Position numbers and translations under genes: made by a program. From a virus (taxonomy: Duplodnaviria > Caudoviricetes), in the IMG/VR virus record IMGVR_UViG_3300010149_000008: a DNA stretch of 64,000 nucleotides; one strand, 5' to 3'. Within the stretch, counting starts at the first letter, position 1. The number at the start of each line of letters is the position of its first letter. The notes under the pieces were generated by a model that saw only the letters and a program-made list of their open reading frames with translations, searched no databases and was not told the origin of the DNA. Of the stretch, positions 31,590 through 40,447 are shown in pieces.

Positions 31590-31634
31590 TTTCGTCATAT
31601 TTATTGATATATATTAATAGAAAAATTATTAAAT

Positions 31635-33389
31635 GTGAGTAATATAATGGCGAACAATTTATATGAAGAAGCAATTAATGCTGCTGAACAAATTAAAGCA
31701 GCTGCTGAGAATAAAGTTAAGCAACAGTTAGTTGAAGCAATGTCTCCAAAAATTAAAGATCTTATTGAAAGGTCTTTGATGGGCGAAGAAATTGACGAGA
31801 TGAGCGATGCTGCACCTATTCAAGCATCTGATGAAAATCAAGATGTTGTTGACAAAAGGGTTGTCGACGACAAAAAAGAAGACAGCAAAAAAGAAGACAG
31901 CAAAAAAGAAAAAGTTGATGGTGAAGAAGAAGTAAAAGAAAGTGACGGCACAGAAGAGTGTGGTACTATGGAAGATGACAAAAGTGAATCTTATAAATCT
32001 TCCAGTGTTAACGAAGTAGAAATTTCAGCATCATCAGCGAAAATATTAAACAGGATGATTTCTAAAAAGAGAATGAAAGAAGCTGCTTCAAATAAATTAA
32101 GTAAAATTAGTGAAAGTACTAGGTCGCTAAAAAAAGCTATTTTAATTGCTGAAAGCTCAAATAAAAGTAAAAAATTTAGTAAAAAATTCGTACAAGCGTA
32201 TAAGACTTTGTTGAATGAGCTTAAAAATATTGGCAATAGCGATATAATTAAATCAGATAAAACATTATTAAGAGAATATTTAAAAATATCTAAGGAGTTA
32301 AAGAATATGTCTACAAGACGCAGATCGAGAAAAAACTATCTTAACGAAAGTCTAGAAGACCTTCTAGAAATGAACATCTTCGAGGATGAAGATGAAGATG
32401 AAGAATTAGATGATGAAAAAAGCGAAGTCGAAGCCGAAGACGACGACGAAGATGCTGATCTTGAATTAGATCTAGACGACGAAGGCGAAGACGACGACGA
32501 AGGTGGAGAAGAATTAGATCTAGACGATGACGTAGACGATGACGATTATAGCTCTCTCATGTCAGAGCCTCTAGAAGACATACTTAAGTCAGCACTTAAA
32601 GGTATGGGAGAAGGCGATGATGATCTAGACTTAGAAGTTGCTGAAGAAGGTGTTGACGAAGTCTATGAAATGGACGAGCTAGACGAAATGGACGAGCTAG
32701 ACGAAATGGAAGAAGGACCCGGATGTGATGAAGATGATCAACAAGAAATGCATGCTGAGTCTAGACGCCGCGGAAAAGATCTCTTTTTAGAGATCGATGA
32801 AAATATGCTTAAAAAAGAAATTACTAAAATGAGAAGACTTCGTGAAGGCGAAGCATCAGACATGGCATCACACTTTGGTGGTGGCAGTTTGGACAAGGAA
32901 ATGTTCGTTGATGTAGACGACGGTGATCTTAATGTACATGCAGGTGTTTTAGGCCGCGAGGATGTACCGATGCCAAAGGTTGAAGCAGCACTCCGAAAGA
33001 CAGTACGCACAAATCGTATGTTAGAGAGCAAGATTCGACAATATAAAAATGCGGTTCGTGGAATGAAGACGCAATTAACTGAGATGAACCTGTTTAACGC
33101 TAAGCTTCTATACGCTAACAAATTGATGCAAAATAGAGATCTCTCTATGAAACAACAGCGTCACATTGTTGAGTCACTAGATGAAGCAGGTACTTTAAAC
33201 GAGGCGAAACTCTTGTTCGAGAGTCTCTCTAAGTCTTTGAGTAAACCTTCCAGAAGAAGCGGCAAAAATCTTTCAGAGGGTGCTAACAGAAGAACTCTTT
33301 CTTCAGCATCACGTTCTACAAAGAGTGCTCAAACACTCAAAGAGAACGTTGCTCTAGATCGATGGGCAACTTTAGCTGGAATTAAGTAA
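31635..33389 (+). CDS. Prohead scaffold/core protein (T4 gp22-like); start probably ATG 31647
   Basis: Immediately upstream of MCP; MANNLYEEAI start, long acidic tract, C-terminal coiled coil NLFNAKLLYANKL...LDRWATLAGI. Confidence 0.75.
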   Translation: MSNIMANNLYEEAINAAEQIKAAAENKVKQQLVEAMSPKIKDLIERSLMGEEIDEMSDAAPIQASDENQDVVDKRVVDDKKEDSKKEDSKKEKVDGEEEVKESDGTEECGTMEDDKSESYKSSSVNEVEISASSAKILNRMISKKRMKEAASNKLSKISESTRSLKKAILIAESSNKSKKFSKKFVQAYKTLLNELKNIGNSDIIKSDKTLLREYLKISKELKNMSTRRRSRKNYLNESLEDLLEMNIFEDEDEDEELDDEKSEVEAEDDDEDADLELDLDDEGEDDDEGGEELDLDDDVDDDDYSSLMSEPLEDILKSALKGMGEGDDDLDLEVAEEGVDEVYEMDELDEMDELDEMEEGPGCDEDDQQEMHAESRRRGKDLFLEIDENMLKKEITKMRRLREGEASDMASHFGGGSLDKEMFVDVDDGDLNVHAGVLGREDVPMPKVEAALRKTVRTNRMLESKIRQYKNAVRGMKTQLTEMNLFNAKLLYANKLMQNRDLSMKQQRHIVESLDEAGTLNEAKLLFESLSKSLSKPSRRSGKNLSEGANRRTLSSASRSTKSAQTLKENVALDRWATLAGIK

Positions 33390-33439
33390 TTAACCTTTAA
33401 AACACAGAATTTATATTAAGAAAGAAGGATAAAACAAAT

Positions 33440-35455
33440 ATGAGTTTTACACTTAAAACATTAACAGAAGGTATTAGAGACCGCCACGTAGGCCAGCAAA
33501 ATAAGCGCCTCGTTGAGAAATGGTCTCGCACTGGGCTCCTTAGAGGCATGGACGACGTAAACCGTGAGAACATGGCAACAATGCTTGAGAACCAGGCAGC
33601 ACAAGTTCTTCGCGAGAGCAACACAATGAGCAGCGGTGAGGTTGGTGGTTTCACTAACATCGCATTCCCAATCGTTCGTCGTGTTTTCGGTGGTCTTATT
33701 GCTAACGAGCTAGTTTCAATCCAACCAATGAGTTTACCATCAGGTCTTCTCTTCTACCTTGATTATACATACGGTGGTGATAGCGGTGGATATGGAAAAG
33801 GTGAGTCAATCTACGGTGGCCCAGCAGGCAAGGCAATCCAAAGTGGTGCTCTTGCTTCTGGCGGTCAATATGATCTAGTAGGTAGCGGCTTTTCTAGAAA
33901 ACCAAAAAGACTTTTAGTTTGTGACGGTGGTAATGAAGCACGTGCTGCTAATGCTGTGTTGGCTGATGATCGTGATGAGGTTGTTGCAAATATTAATGAT
34001 TTAGCAACTTTATTAGTTGACCAAAACCCAGCTTTTGTTGGTGCTCCTGCTGACGGTTCAAATGCTTTTGCAGCGTTTGGTACAAATAGTCAAGTAATTA
34101 AAATTGATCAAGCTGAGCATTTAAAGCTAATCCAGTTTGACTCACAGCTAGTTGATAGAATTACTGCTGTAGCTGATGGTGGTTTAGGCGAAAGATACGC
34201 ATTTATGGCACTTCTTTTAAGTGGTATGAGTAGCGTAGATAAGGCAATGGCAAAAGATATCGTTCTTCTTGGAGCATTTGACGACGGTGACGGTACAGAA
34301 GCACTCTCAGCAGTTCTTCCAGATGCAGTTCAAGCAGGACCTGCGCACAACGTGAGAAGACTCAATCAATTAGGAACTTTTGCAGGTGGAGTATTTACAC
34401 CTGATTCAATTGGCGGGACACACGTACTTATGGTTGTTCACTTAGGTGATAAAGATAGTACTGCGCATATATCAGGACAAATTGCTGGAAATAATGCGGC
34501 TGATAACTCTGTTGACGCGCTTACTCTTACTTTCGTGAGAGAGGACACAGTTGATCACCTTGATTCTGCAGGTGCAGCAACATTTGGTTCTGTAACTGGC
34601 GCTCCTGCATTTGAAGGTGACGGATCAGGTGGCACAGCAGATGCTTCTGATGGCACTGCGAATCTTGATATTCCAGAGATTGATATCAAGATTGAGTCAA
34701 TTCCTGTAACTGCTCAAACACGTAAGTTAAGAGCTCGTTGGAGCCCAGAGCTTGCGCAAGACCTCAACGCGTACCACTCAATGGACGCAGAGGTTGAGCT
34801 TACTCAGATCCTTTCAGAGCAAATTGCACTTGAGATTGACCGTGAGATCCTTGGTGATCTTCTTACTGGTGCTCAAGGCGCTAACTTCTTCTGGAGCCGT
34901 TCTCCAGGTAAGTTTGTTAACAAGCGTACTGGTAGTGAGATTGCTCGTACTTCAACTCTTAACCCTGGACCAGCTTTCACTGGTACAGTTCGTGAGTGGT
35001 ATGAGACTTTGACCGAGACAGTTATTGACGTAGCTAATGAGATTCACCGTAAGACTCTACGTGGTTCTGCTAACTTCATCGTGGTTTCACCTGACGTTGC
35101 AACAATCCTTGAGGCTTCAGTTCTTTATCGTCCTTCATATAGCATTGATGGTGACGGCCAAGTTGGTGCTCCTTTCACAATGGGTGCTGAGAAGGTTGGT
35201 ACACTTTCAAATCGTTTCACAGTTTATAAAGATCCTTACTTCCCACGCAACAAGATCCTTGTTGGTTATAAGGGTGGTTCTTATCTCGAGACTGGTTTCG
35301 TTTATGCTCCATATGTACCACTCATCGTTACACCGACTATCTTCCAGCCTGACGATTTCACCCCGAGAAAGGGTGTTATGACTCGTTACGGTAAGAAGAT
35401 GGTACGTGCGGACTTCTATGGTACAGTAACATGCCTCGATATGAACATTATCTAA
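33440..35455 (+). CDS. gp23: Major capsid protein (T4 gp23-like) with large central insertion
   Basis: PIVRRVF, VSIQPMSLPSGLLFYLD, TRKLRARWSPELAQDLNAYH, LEIDREI, YAPYVPL, GVMTRYG; strong codon bias. Confidence 0.95.
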   Translation: MSFTLKTLTEGIRDRHVGQQNKRLVEKWSRTGLLRGMDDVNRENMATMLENQAAQVLRESNTMSSGEVGGFTNIAFPIVRRVFGGLIANELVSIQPMSLPSGLLFYLDYTYGGDSGGYGKGESIYGGPAGKAIQSGALASGGQYDLVGSGFSRKPKRLLVCDGGNEARAANAVLADDRDEVVANINDLATLLVDQNPAFVGAPADGSNAFAAFGTNSQVIKIDQAEHLKLIQFDSQLVDRITAVADGGLGERYAFMALLLSGMSSVDKAMAKDIVLLGAFDDGDGTEALSAVLPDAVQAGPAHNVRRLNQLGTFAGGVFTPDSIGGTHVLMVVHLGDKDSTAHISGQIAGNNAADNSVDALTLTFVREDTVDHLDSAGAATFGSVTGAPAFEGDGSGGTADASDGTANLDIPEIDIKIESIPVTAQTRKLRARWSPELAQDLNAYHSMDAEVELTQILSEQIALEIDREILGDLLTGAQGANFFWSRSPGKFVNKRTGSEIARTSTLNPGPAFTGTVREWYETLTETVIDVANEIHRKTLRGSANFIVVSPDVATILEASVLYRPSYSIDGDGQVGAPFTMGAEKVGTLSNRFTVYKDPYFPRNKILVGYKGGSYLETGFVYAPYVPLIVTPTIFQPDDFTPRKGVMTRYGKKMVRADFYGTVTCLDMNII

Positions 35456-35510
35456 GATAATTAGTAAAGCATAAACCAGATTTATTCTGGTAACTCTAGT
35501 GATATCAATT

Positions 35511-35545
35511 AAACCGTTTAGATTGAATTTTAAGCGGTTTTTTTG
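35511..35545 (+). terminator. Rho-independent terminator after MCP
   Basis: AAACCGTTTA / TAAGCGGTTT stem followed by a T-run. Confidence 0.75.
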
Positions 35546-35615
35546 TATTTGCAAATAGAATAGCTAAAAATACATACAATATAGCATAATTATAATTGAT
35601 TTTAAAGGTAAAGAA

Positions 35616-36782
35616 ATGTTTAAAAAAAGAGATACAAAAATATTATTAGAAAACTGGAGAAGGTTTTTAAATGGTGAAGTATTTGAAGATAAAAAAGTTA
35701 ACGAAATTTATCAAACTGTTTATGCAGGAGGCGGGGGATACGTAACAACTCAGACAGATATACCTAGAAACGATTATTTGATTTATGACGATTATTCTAT
35801 GATATTAGGAAGAGGCATGAACGAAAGTGCTGGAGGAGAAATTCAGATGCAAGCACTTACAAAAAAATTCGTAAAAGAAAATGGAAGCCCTGAACTTGAC
35901 ATTGTTGACTTTTTTTATGAAGTTATTGAATCTTCTTTTGGCAGGTCTAGTGGTGAGCAAAGAAAAAAAGAATTAGAGCTTATTAAGCAAAGAGCTGAAT
36001 TTTATAAAACTGTTTTTTCTCCTTCTATGTACACAGACGAAAAAACTATTATCTTTTTACCTTTGGCACATTTCGGTGACAGGGATTCAACGACTGAGTC
36101 ACAAAGACCTTACATAAAAAAAGACACATCGGGTAAACACGTAGACTTTGACATTTCAAATGAAGAACTTTCAGGAAAAAAAGATTTTAAACAAATAGAA
36201 ATGGATAATGTTAGTGATAATTTTGGTAAAGAAAGTGTACATGAATATTTAACGCTTAAAGATAATATTAACTGGTCAATGCATGATCTAGGACATGCTA
36301 TGATTGAGAGTGTATTTGATAACGATTCTATTATAGACTTTGAAGAGCATCACCCACAAGAAAAAGACAGTCATGAAGCATTTGACTTTATTTTCAAAGA
36401 CTTATCAGCAAGAGGAAAAAGAGAAATAGATTCACTAGAGAACGATGTTAAAAGAAGTGATGCTTTGCATATAAAAGAACTTTTAAATGCATTAACTCCA
36501 GGTGTTGGAGAAGGTGACTTAGAATTTTCTTTGTTTGCAAAACTTATAAAAAACCCTACAGACAAAGGCGTTCAAGAATTAGTTGATTTAATAACTAAGA
36601 ACATAAGAAACAATTTAAATCAGATACACCCTAAAATTATTAAAAGATTTAATATAGATAGCGAAATTTCTTCTGGACTTTCTACTTTAAAGAAATTTTT
36701 AGAAAAAGTATTACATGTTCATAAAGAAGTAGGAAATAGAGTTCATGATGTTTTTAAAATAATTTATGTACCTAAGAATTAA
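35616..36782 (+). CDS. Hypothetical protein with LLENWRRFL leader and HDLGH motif
   Basis: MFKKRDTKILLENWRRFLNGE; NWSMHDLGHAMIE. Confidence 0.65.
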   Translation: MFKKRDTKILLENWRRFLNGEVFEDKKVNEIYQTVYAGGGGYVTTQTDIPRNDYLIYDDYSMILGRGMNESAGGEIQMQALTKKFVKENGSPELDIVDFFYEVIESSFGRSSGEQRKKELELIKQRAEFYKTVFSPSMYTDEKTIIFLPLAHFGDRDSTTESQRPYIKKDTSGKHVDFDISNEELSGKKDFKQIEMDNVSDNFGKESVHEYLTLKDNINWSMHDLGHAMIESVFDNDSIIDFEEHHPQEKDSHEAFDFIFKDLSARGKREIDSLENDVKRSDALHIKELLNALTPGVGEGDLEFSLFAKLIKNPTDKGVQELVDLITKNIRNNLNQIHPKIIKRFNIDSEISSGLSTLKKFLEKVLHVHKEVGNRVHDVFKIIYVPKN

Positions 36783-36840
36783 ATCGTAAAAACTAATAGT
36801 TATATTATATTTAAATACATAAATCAAATAAAGGATTATT

Positions 36841-37218
36841 ATGTTAAGCAACAGAAAAAATACTAGTGTAGTTGTTTCATCTTGGAGAGACTATTTAAGC
36901 GGAAAGCCTGCTAGAAAAAATTTAAACGAAGCAGTTCACAATGCAGACGGAGATAGAGAAGAATGTTTTAAAGCACTAATTTCAGACTTATTAGATCGTG
37001 GTTGGGATGATGATAGAGTTGATGTACTAGTTATTGATGTATTGAAAAAATGTAATATTTCTGATGAAGAGCTAGAGATGATTGCTTACGAACGACCTAG
37101 CAGTCATGAGCTTAACAACGACAAAGATATGGCAGAATATAATGATGATGATTACGACCCAGAGTATAATCCATTAGGCACAGAAGAAGATTCACTTTAT
37201 AATCCAGGCGATCGATAA
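36841..37218 (+). CDS. Small acidic hypothetical protein with WRDYL...LNE leader
   Basis: AAGGA RBS; leader resembles that of 35616. Confidence 0.6.
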   Translation: MLSNRKNTSVVVSSWRDYLSGKPARKNLNEAVHNADGDREECFKALISDLLDRGWDDDRVDVLVIDVLKKCNISDEELEMIAYERPSSHELNNDKDMAEYNDDDYDPEYNPLGTEEDSLYNPGDR

Positions 37219-37252
37219 TTAATACTTTTTATTAGACTTACTAGGATTTAAA

Positions 37253-37618
37253 ATGAAGAAACCAAAATTCTATGAAAACAGCAGCGTACCTAAGATTTTA
37301 AGTAAGTTTGCGCCTATTGAAATATGGGCAATTACTTTAGGCCCTTGGGTTTTTTGTCGTGGCGAGTTAGCTGAAAAAACAAAGAGGCATGAAACAATTC
37401 ATTATTTACAGTATAAAGAGCTTTGGTTTATTGGTTTTCTATTAATATACATATTTGATTATCTATGGGCTGCAGTTTTAAGCAGAAAAGGGTTTTCTCG
37501 TGCGTCTTACCTTTCCATAAGGTTTGAGCAAGAAGCGTGGAACTGCGATGAATTTGAGGACTACTTAGAAAATAGAGAACCTTATGCATGGAAAAATTAT
37601 CCGTTAGGTGGTGAATAA
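37253..37618 (+). CDS. Small HExxH-motif (zincin-like) protein
   Basis: RHETIHYLQ...FEQEA with a hydrophobic helix between. Confidence 0.6.
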   Translation: MKKPKFYENSSVPKILSKFAPIEIWAITLGPWVFCRGELAEKTKRHETIHYLQYKELWFIGFLLIYIFDYLWAAVLSRKGFSRASYLSIRFEQEAWNCDEFEDYLENREPYAWKNYPLGGE

Positions 37619-38145
37619 TGCCTTTTATGAGACAATATAACAGTCAAAAAAAAGTTTCTAAAAGAATTAATACTAGTCCTTCTAAAAGTGATATCGATAC
37701 TGCTAAAAAGCTAGGAATTGATTTGGGTAAAAGCTGGAATGCGTATTCTAAAGAAGTAAGAGTTCACATTTACATAAAAAATATGGATGAAATGGTTAGG
37801 TTTTACAACAAAATACTAGAATTTCCTGTCGTAAGATATTGGAGGTATTCTGATGGTGATGGCACGCAAATAGACTTAGGTGGCAACGTTATAGAATTAT
37901 TTTCTAAAAGCAGTAGAAACTATTCAAATAAAAACTTTCATGGAAACGTTTCACTTTCAGTAAAAGTAAAAGATGTAAACAAGTTATATGAAAAATTTAG
38001 CAAGAAAAATATAAAGCTAGGTGAGTTAATAGAAAATCCTTGGGGTGATGCATCTTTTCACGTTGTTGATCCTGAAGGCAATCGTTTAGCTTTTTTTAGT
38101 CCGACGATTAAAAAAGAAAAATATTACAAAGTTAAAAAAAGCTAA
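37618..38145 (+). CDS. VOC/glyoxalase-bleomycin-resistance family protein
   Basis: VRFYNKILEF...VKVKDVNKLYEK...PWGDASFHVVDPEGNRLAF. Confidence 0.8.
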   Translation: MPFMRQYNSQKKVSKRINTSPSKSDIDTAKKLGIDLGKSWNAYSKEVRVHIYIKNMDEMVRFYNKILEFPVVRYWRYSDGDGTQIDLGGNVIELFSKSSRNYSNKNFHGNVSLSVKVKDVNKLYEKFSKKNIKLGELIENPWGDASFHVVDPEGNRLAFFSPTIKKEKYYKVKKS

Positions 38146-38293
38146 TATAATTATTTAGTCAGTCCTATCTATGCGTTTTATACATTATGTGAAGAACAAG
38201 GGTGTCAGCGTATAAAAAGTGTAGTAATGCCAATTGACTTGCTGGATTTTCATCCTTTCTTCAGCGAGAAGGAAACGTAGGAGGGCAATTTTT

Positions 38294-38548
38294 ATGAAGT
38301 GGTATATGTACGTTATTCTCTGTTTTGACAATTCTTTTTATTGCGGTATTACCACAAATCTTGAAAAAAGATTAAAACAGCACAACGGTGCGATCAAAGG
38401 CGGGGCAAAATACACAAGAAGCCGGCGTCCTTGCAGATATATATACAAAGAAGATGCTCAAAATAGAAGTGATGCATCAAAAAAAGAAGCAACTTTTAAA
38501 AAATTAAATAGAAAACAAAAAGAAAAGTATATTAACTTTATTTCCTGA
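38294..38548 (+). CDS. Stand-alone GIY-YIG nuclease (YhbQ/UPF0213-like)
   Basis: MKWYMYVILCFDNSFYCGITTNLEKRLKQHN...GAKYTR...E; AGGAGG RBS supports ATG 38294. Confidence 0.85.
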   Translation: MKWYMYVILCFDNSFYCGITTNLEKRLKQHNGAIKGGAKYTRSRRPCRYIYKEDAQNRSDASKKEATFKKLNRKQKEKYINFIS

Positions 38549-39644
38549 ACTCTGGACTAATATAGTCAACGCCCAGAGCAGAAAAAACTTGCTTTTCATT
38601 TTTAGGCATTAAAAACTTTTGCTTATTCTTGTCATAAAGATAATCAAAAGAATAAATAACATCTCTTTTAAAACCTTCATATAACATCTTTACATTGTGC
38701 GCAGCGCTACCAGTCCAGTAACATCTTCTTGTTGGAATAGAAGTCGGACTACACATAAAGACGTCACATTGCATTCCTTCTTTTACAAACTGAACTATGT
38801 TCTTAAAAGATCTTGTTCTACTTTCAGAAACTATATTTCTTTTTAATGTGTTACCGAATAAAAAGCTATAATTCTCCATAAATCTTTTTTCATCCAGAGG
38901 ATGTCTATTTATTCTGCCGGCATCTTTATGACCTACAATATTAACAATTAGATCTAAGTCGCCTACAATGCTTTTCTTTCTACGAAGAGAGCCAGCATTG
39001 TATATATTTTCAACAATAAAGCCATTTTCTTCTAAAATATTGGTAACTTCTTCTTTAACAATGCCGAATACGTTTTTAGCATATTCGTAATCTTTTTTTT
39101 CGCAGCCTAGAGATGCACCTTCATTTAAGAGACTATTGCGATTATTTAGCTTAGATTCTTTAATTACATGATGAGATCCGTCCCAAAAGCCTTCTAATGC
39201 TTTAAAGTCACAAAGATGAATTGCTTCGTGAATAATGCTTTCTTTTAAAAACCTTATATGACTTTGTAAGTTAAATTTTGTCCAGTCAATTTTTAGCTGA
39301 CCGTTGTCTTCATATAAATGATTTGGTTTATAAACATATCCATTAACAACACGATCACAAATACTCTCACCAATTGTTTTCATCTTATTAATTGCTTTAA
39401 CATCAGAATACTTAAAAAGTTCTAAATCAATACTCTCAGCTAACAGTGAATCAAAGCTATATAGAAAATAGTCATAGTCTTTTACTTGATGAGATCTGTT
39501 TTCCATTAAAGCTTTATGATAGTTGACAATTGAAGCGCTATAATCAAAAACATATCTGTCTTTTTCAACATGATACATTACGTTTTCTAATGCCAACTCT
39601 TCTATGCCTTTTACTAACATTTTATGCTGTTGTTTAGTTAGCAT
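38538..39644 (-). CDS. polX: DNA polymerase X family catalytic domain with about 175-aa N-terminal extension
   Basis: AGSLRR, GDLD, CDVF, YWTGS, EKQVFSALGVDYISPEFR. Confidence 0.8.
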   Translation of the reverse strand: MLTKQQHKMLVKGIEELALENVMYHVEKDRYVFDYSASIVNYHKALMENRSHQVKDYDYFLYSFDSLLAESIDLELFKYSDVKAINKMKTIGESICDRVVNGYVYKPNHLYEDNGQLKIDWTKFNLQSHIRFLKESIIHEAIHLCDFKALEGFWDGSHHVIKESKLNNRNSLLNEGASLGCEKKDYEYAKNVFGIVKEEVTNILEENGFIVENIYNAGSLRRKKSIVGDLDLIVNIVGHKDAGRINRHPLDEKRFMENYSFLFGNTLKRNIVSESRTRSFKNIVQFVKEGMQCDVFMCSPTSIPTRRCYWTGSAAHNVKMLYEGFKRDVIYSFDYLYDKNKQKFLMPKNEKQVFSALGVDYISPEFRK

Positions 39645-39654
39645 TTTAAGCTCC

Positions 39655-40443
39655 TTATAAAAGAACCTTGTTCATAGCTCTTTTAGACTCTTTAATAAAC
39701 CCATTGTTAAATTCCATAAAATATTCTTCAATAGAATAAATCTTTTTAGAGTCACGACCTTTTACACCAATTTCGCCTAACAACTCAGCATCAATGTCTT
39801 GTTGACTTAATAAGTCATAGTCCATTAAAATCTTTGTGACTTCTTTAGCTCTTTGCTGTCCGTTTTTTCTAGCTGACTTTTGAAAAGCTAGGTTTAAATC
39901 ACCTAATAAATTGCCACTATTACTTTTATCACCTTGAGCAGTAAAAATATTTCCACTCGGCACGTGCTCAATATCACCTTCAGTACCTCTAGTTACTTGT
40001 GAGTCAACAATTAAGAAAAAATCTTCTTTTGGCATGCCTCCGCCTTGCATGTTTGCATCTACAGCGTCGCCTACATCTTGTTGACCTGGGCTGTATGTTC
40101 CATGCCATATATTACCATTAGGATCAACCCATCCTACACCTTGAACATATGAACCACCAGGAGCAGCTAAGCCTTGTTGATTTCTATTGCTGTTGTAAGA
40201 TGATTGTGAAGATGAAGGGTCTTCAAATCCCATTTGTCTTCTCTCTTGTCTTTGTCCTGCCTGTCTATATAGCTCTTCGTCTGCAGCAGAGTGTCCAGGG
40301 AAAGAAGGACCTCGCGATGATCTTCCTCCTCTTACACCACCTCTAGCGTCACCTGCCATTCCATATCTGGTGTCACCCGGAGTAGAAACTTCTTCTATTG
40401 TTTCTCTTATAAGTCTTCGAAGATTTTTAATGCTAATTTTCAT
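39655..40443 (-). CDS. Hypothetical Gly/Arg/Gln-rich protein with LRRLIRETIEE leader
   Basis: MKISIKNLRRLIRETIEE; RGG-type low-complexity segment. Confidence 0.65.
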   Translation of the reverse strand: MKISIKNLRRLIRETIEEVSTPGDTRYGMAGDARGGVRGGRSSRGPSFPGHSAADEELYRQAGQRQERRQMGFEDPSSSQSSYNSNRNQQGLAAPGGSYVQGVGWVDPNGNIWHGTYSPGQQDVGDAVDANMQGGGMPKEDFFLIVDSQVTRGTEGDIEHVPSGNIFTAQGDKSNSGNLLGDLNLAFQKSARKNGQQRAKEVTKILMDYDLLSQQDIDAELLGEIGVKGRDSKKIYSIEEYFMEFNNGFIKESKRAMNKVLL

Positions 40444-40447
40444 TTAA

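Noticed and set aside
38294-38548. GIY-YIG as a homing endonuclease or intron marker
   Set aside because: Only 84 aa with no DNA-binding domain, and no interrupted host gene nearby; it fits the YhbQ-like class.
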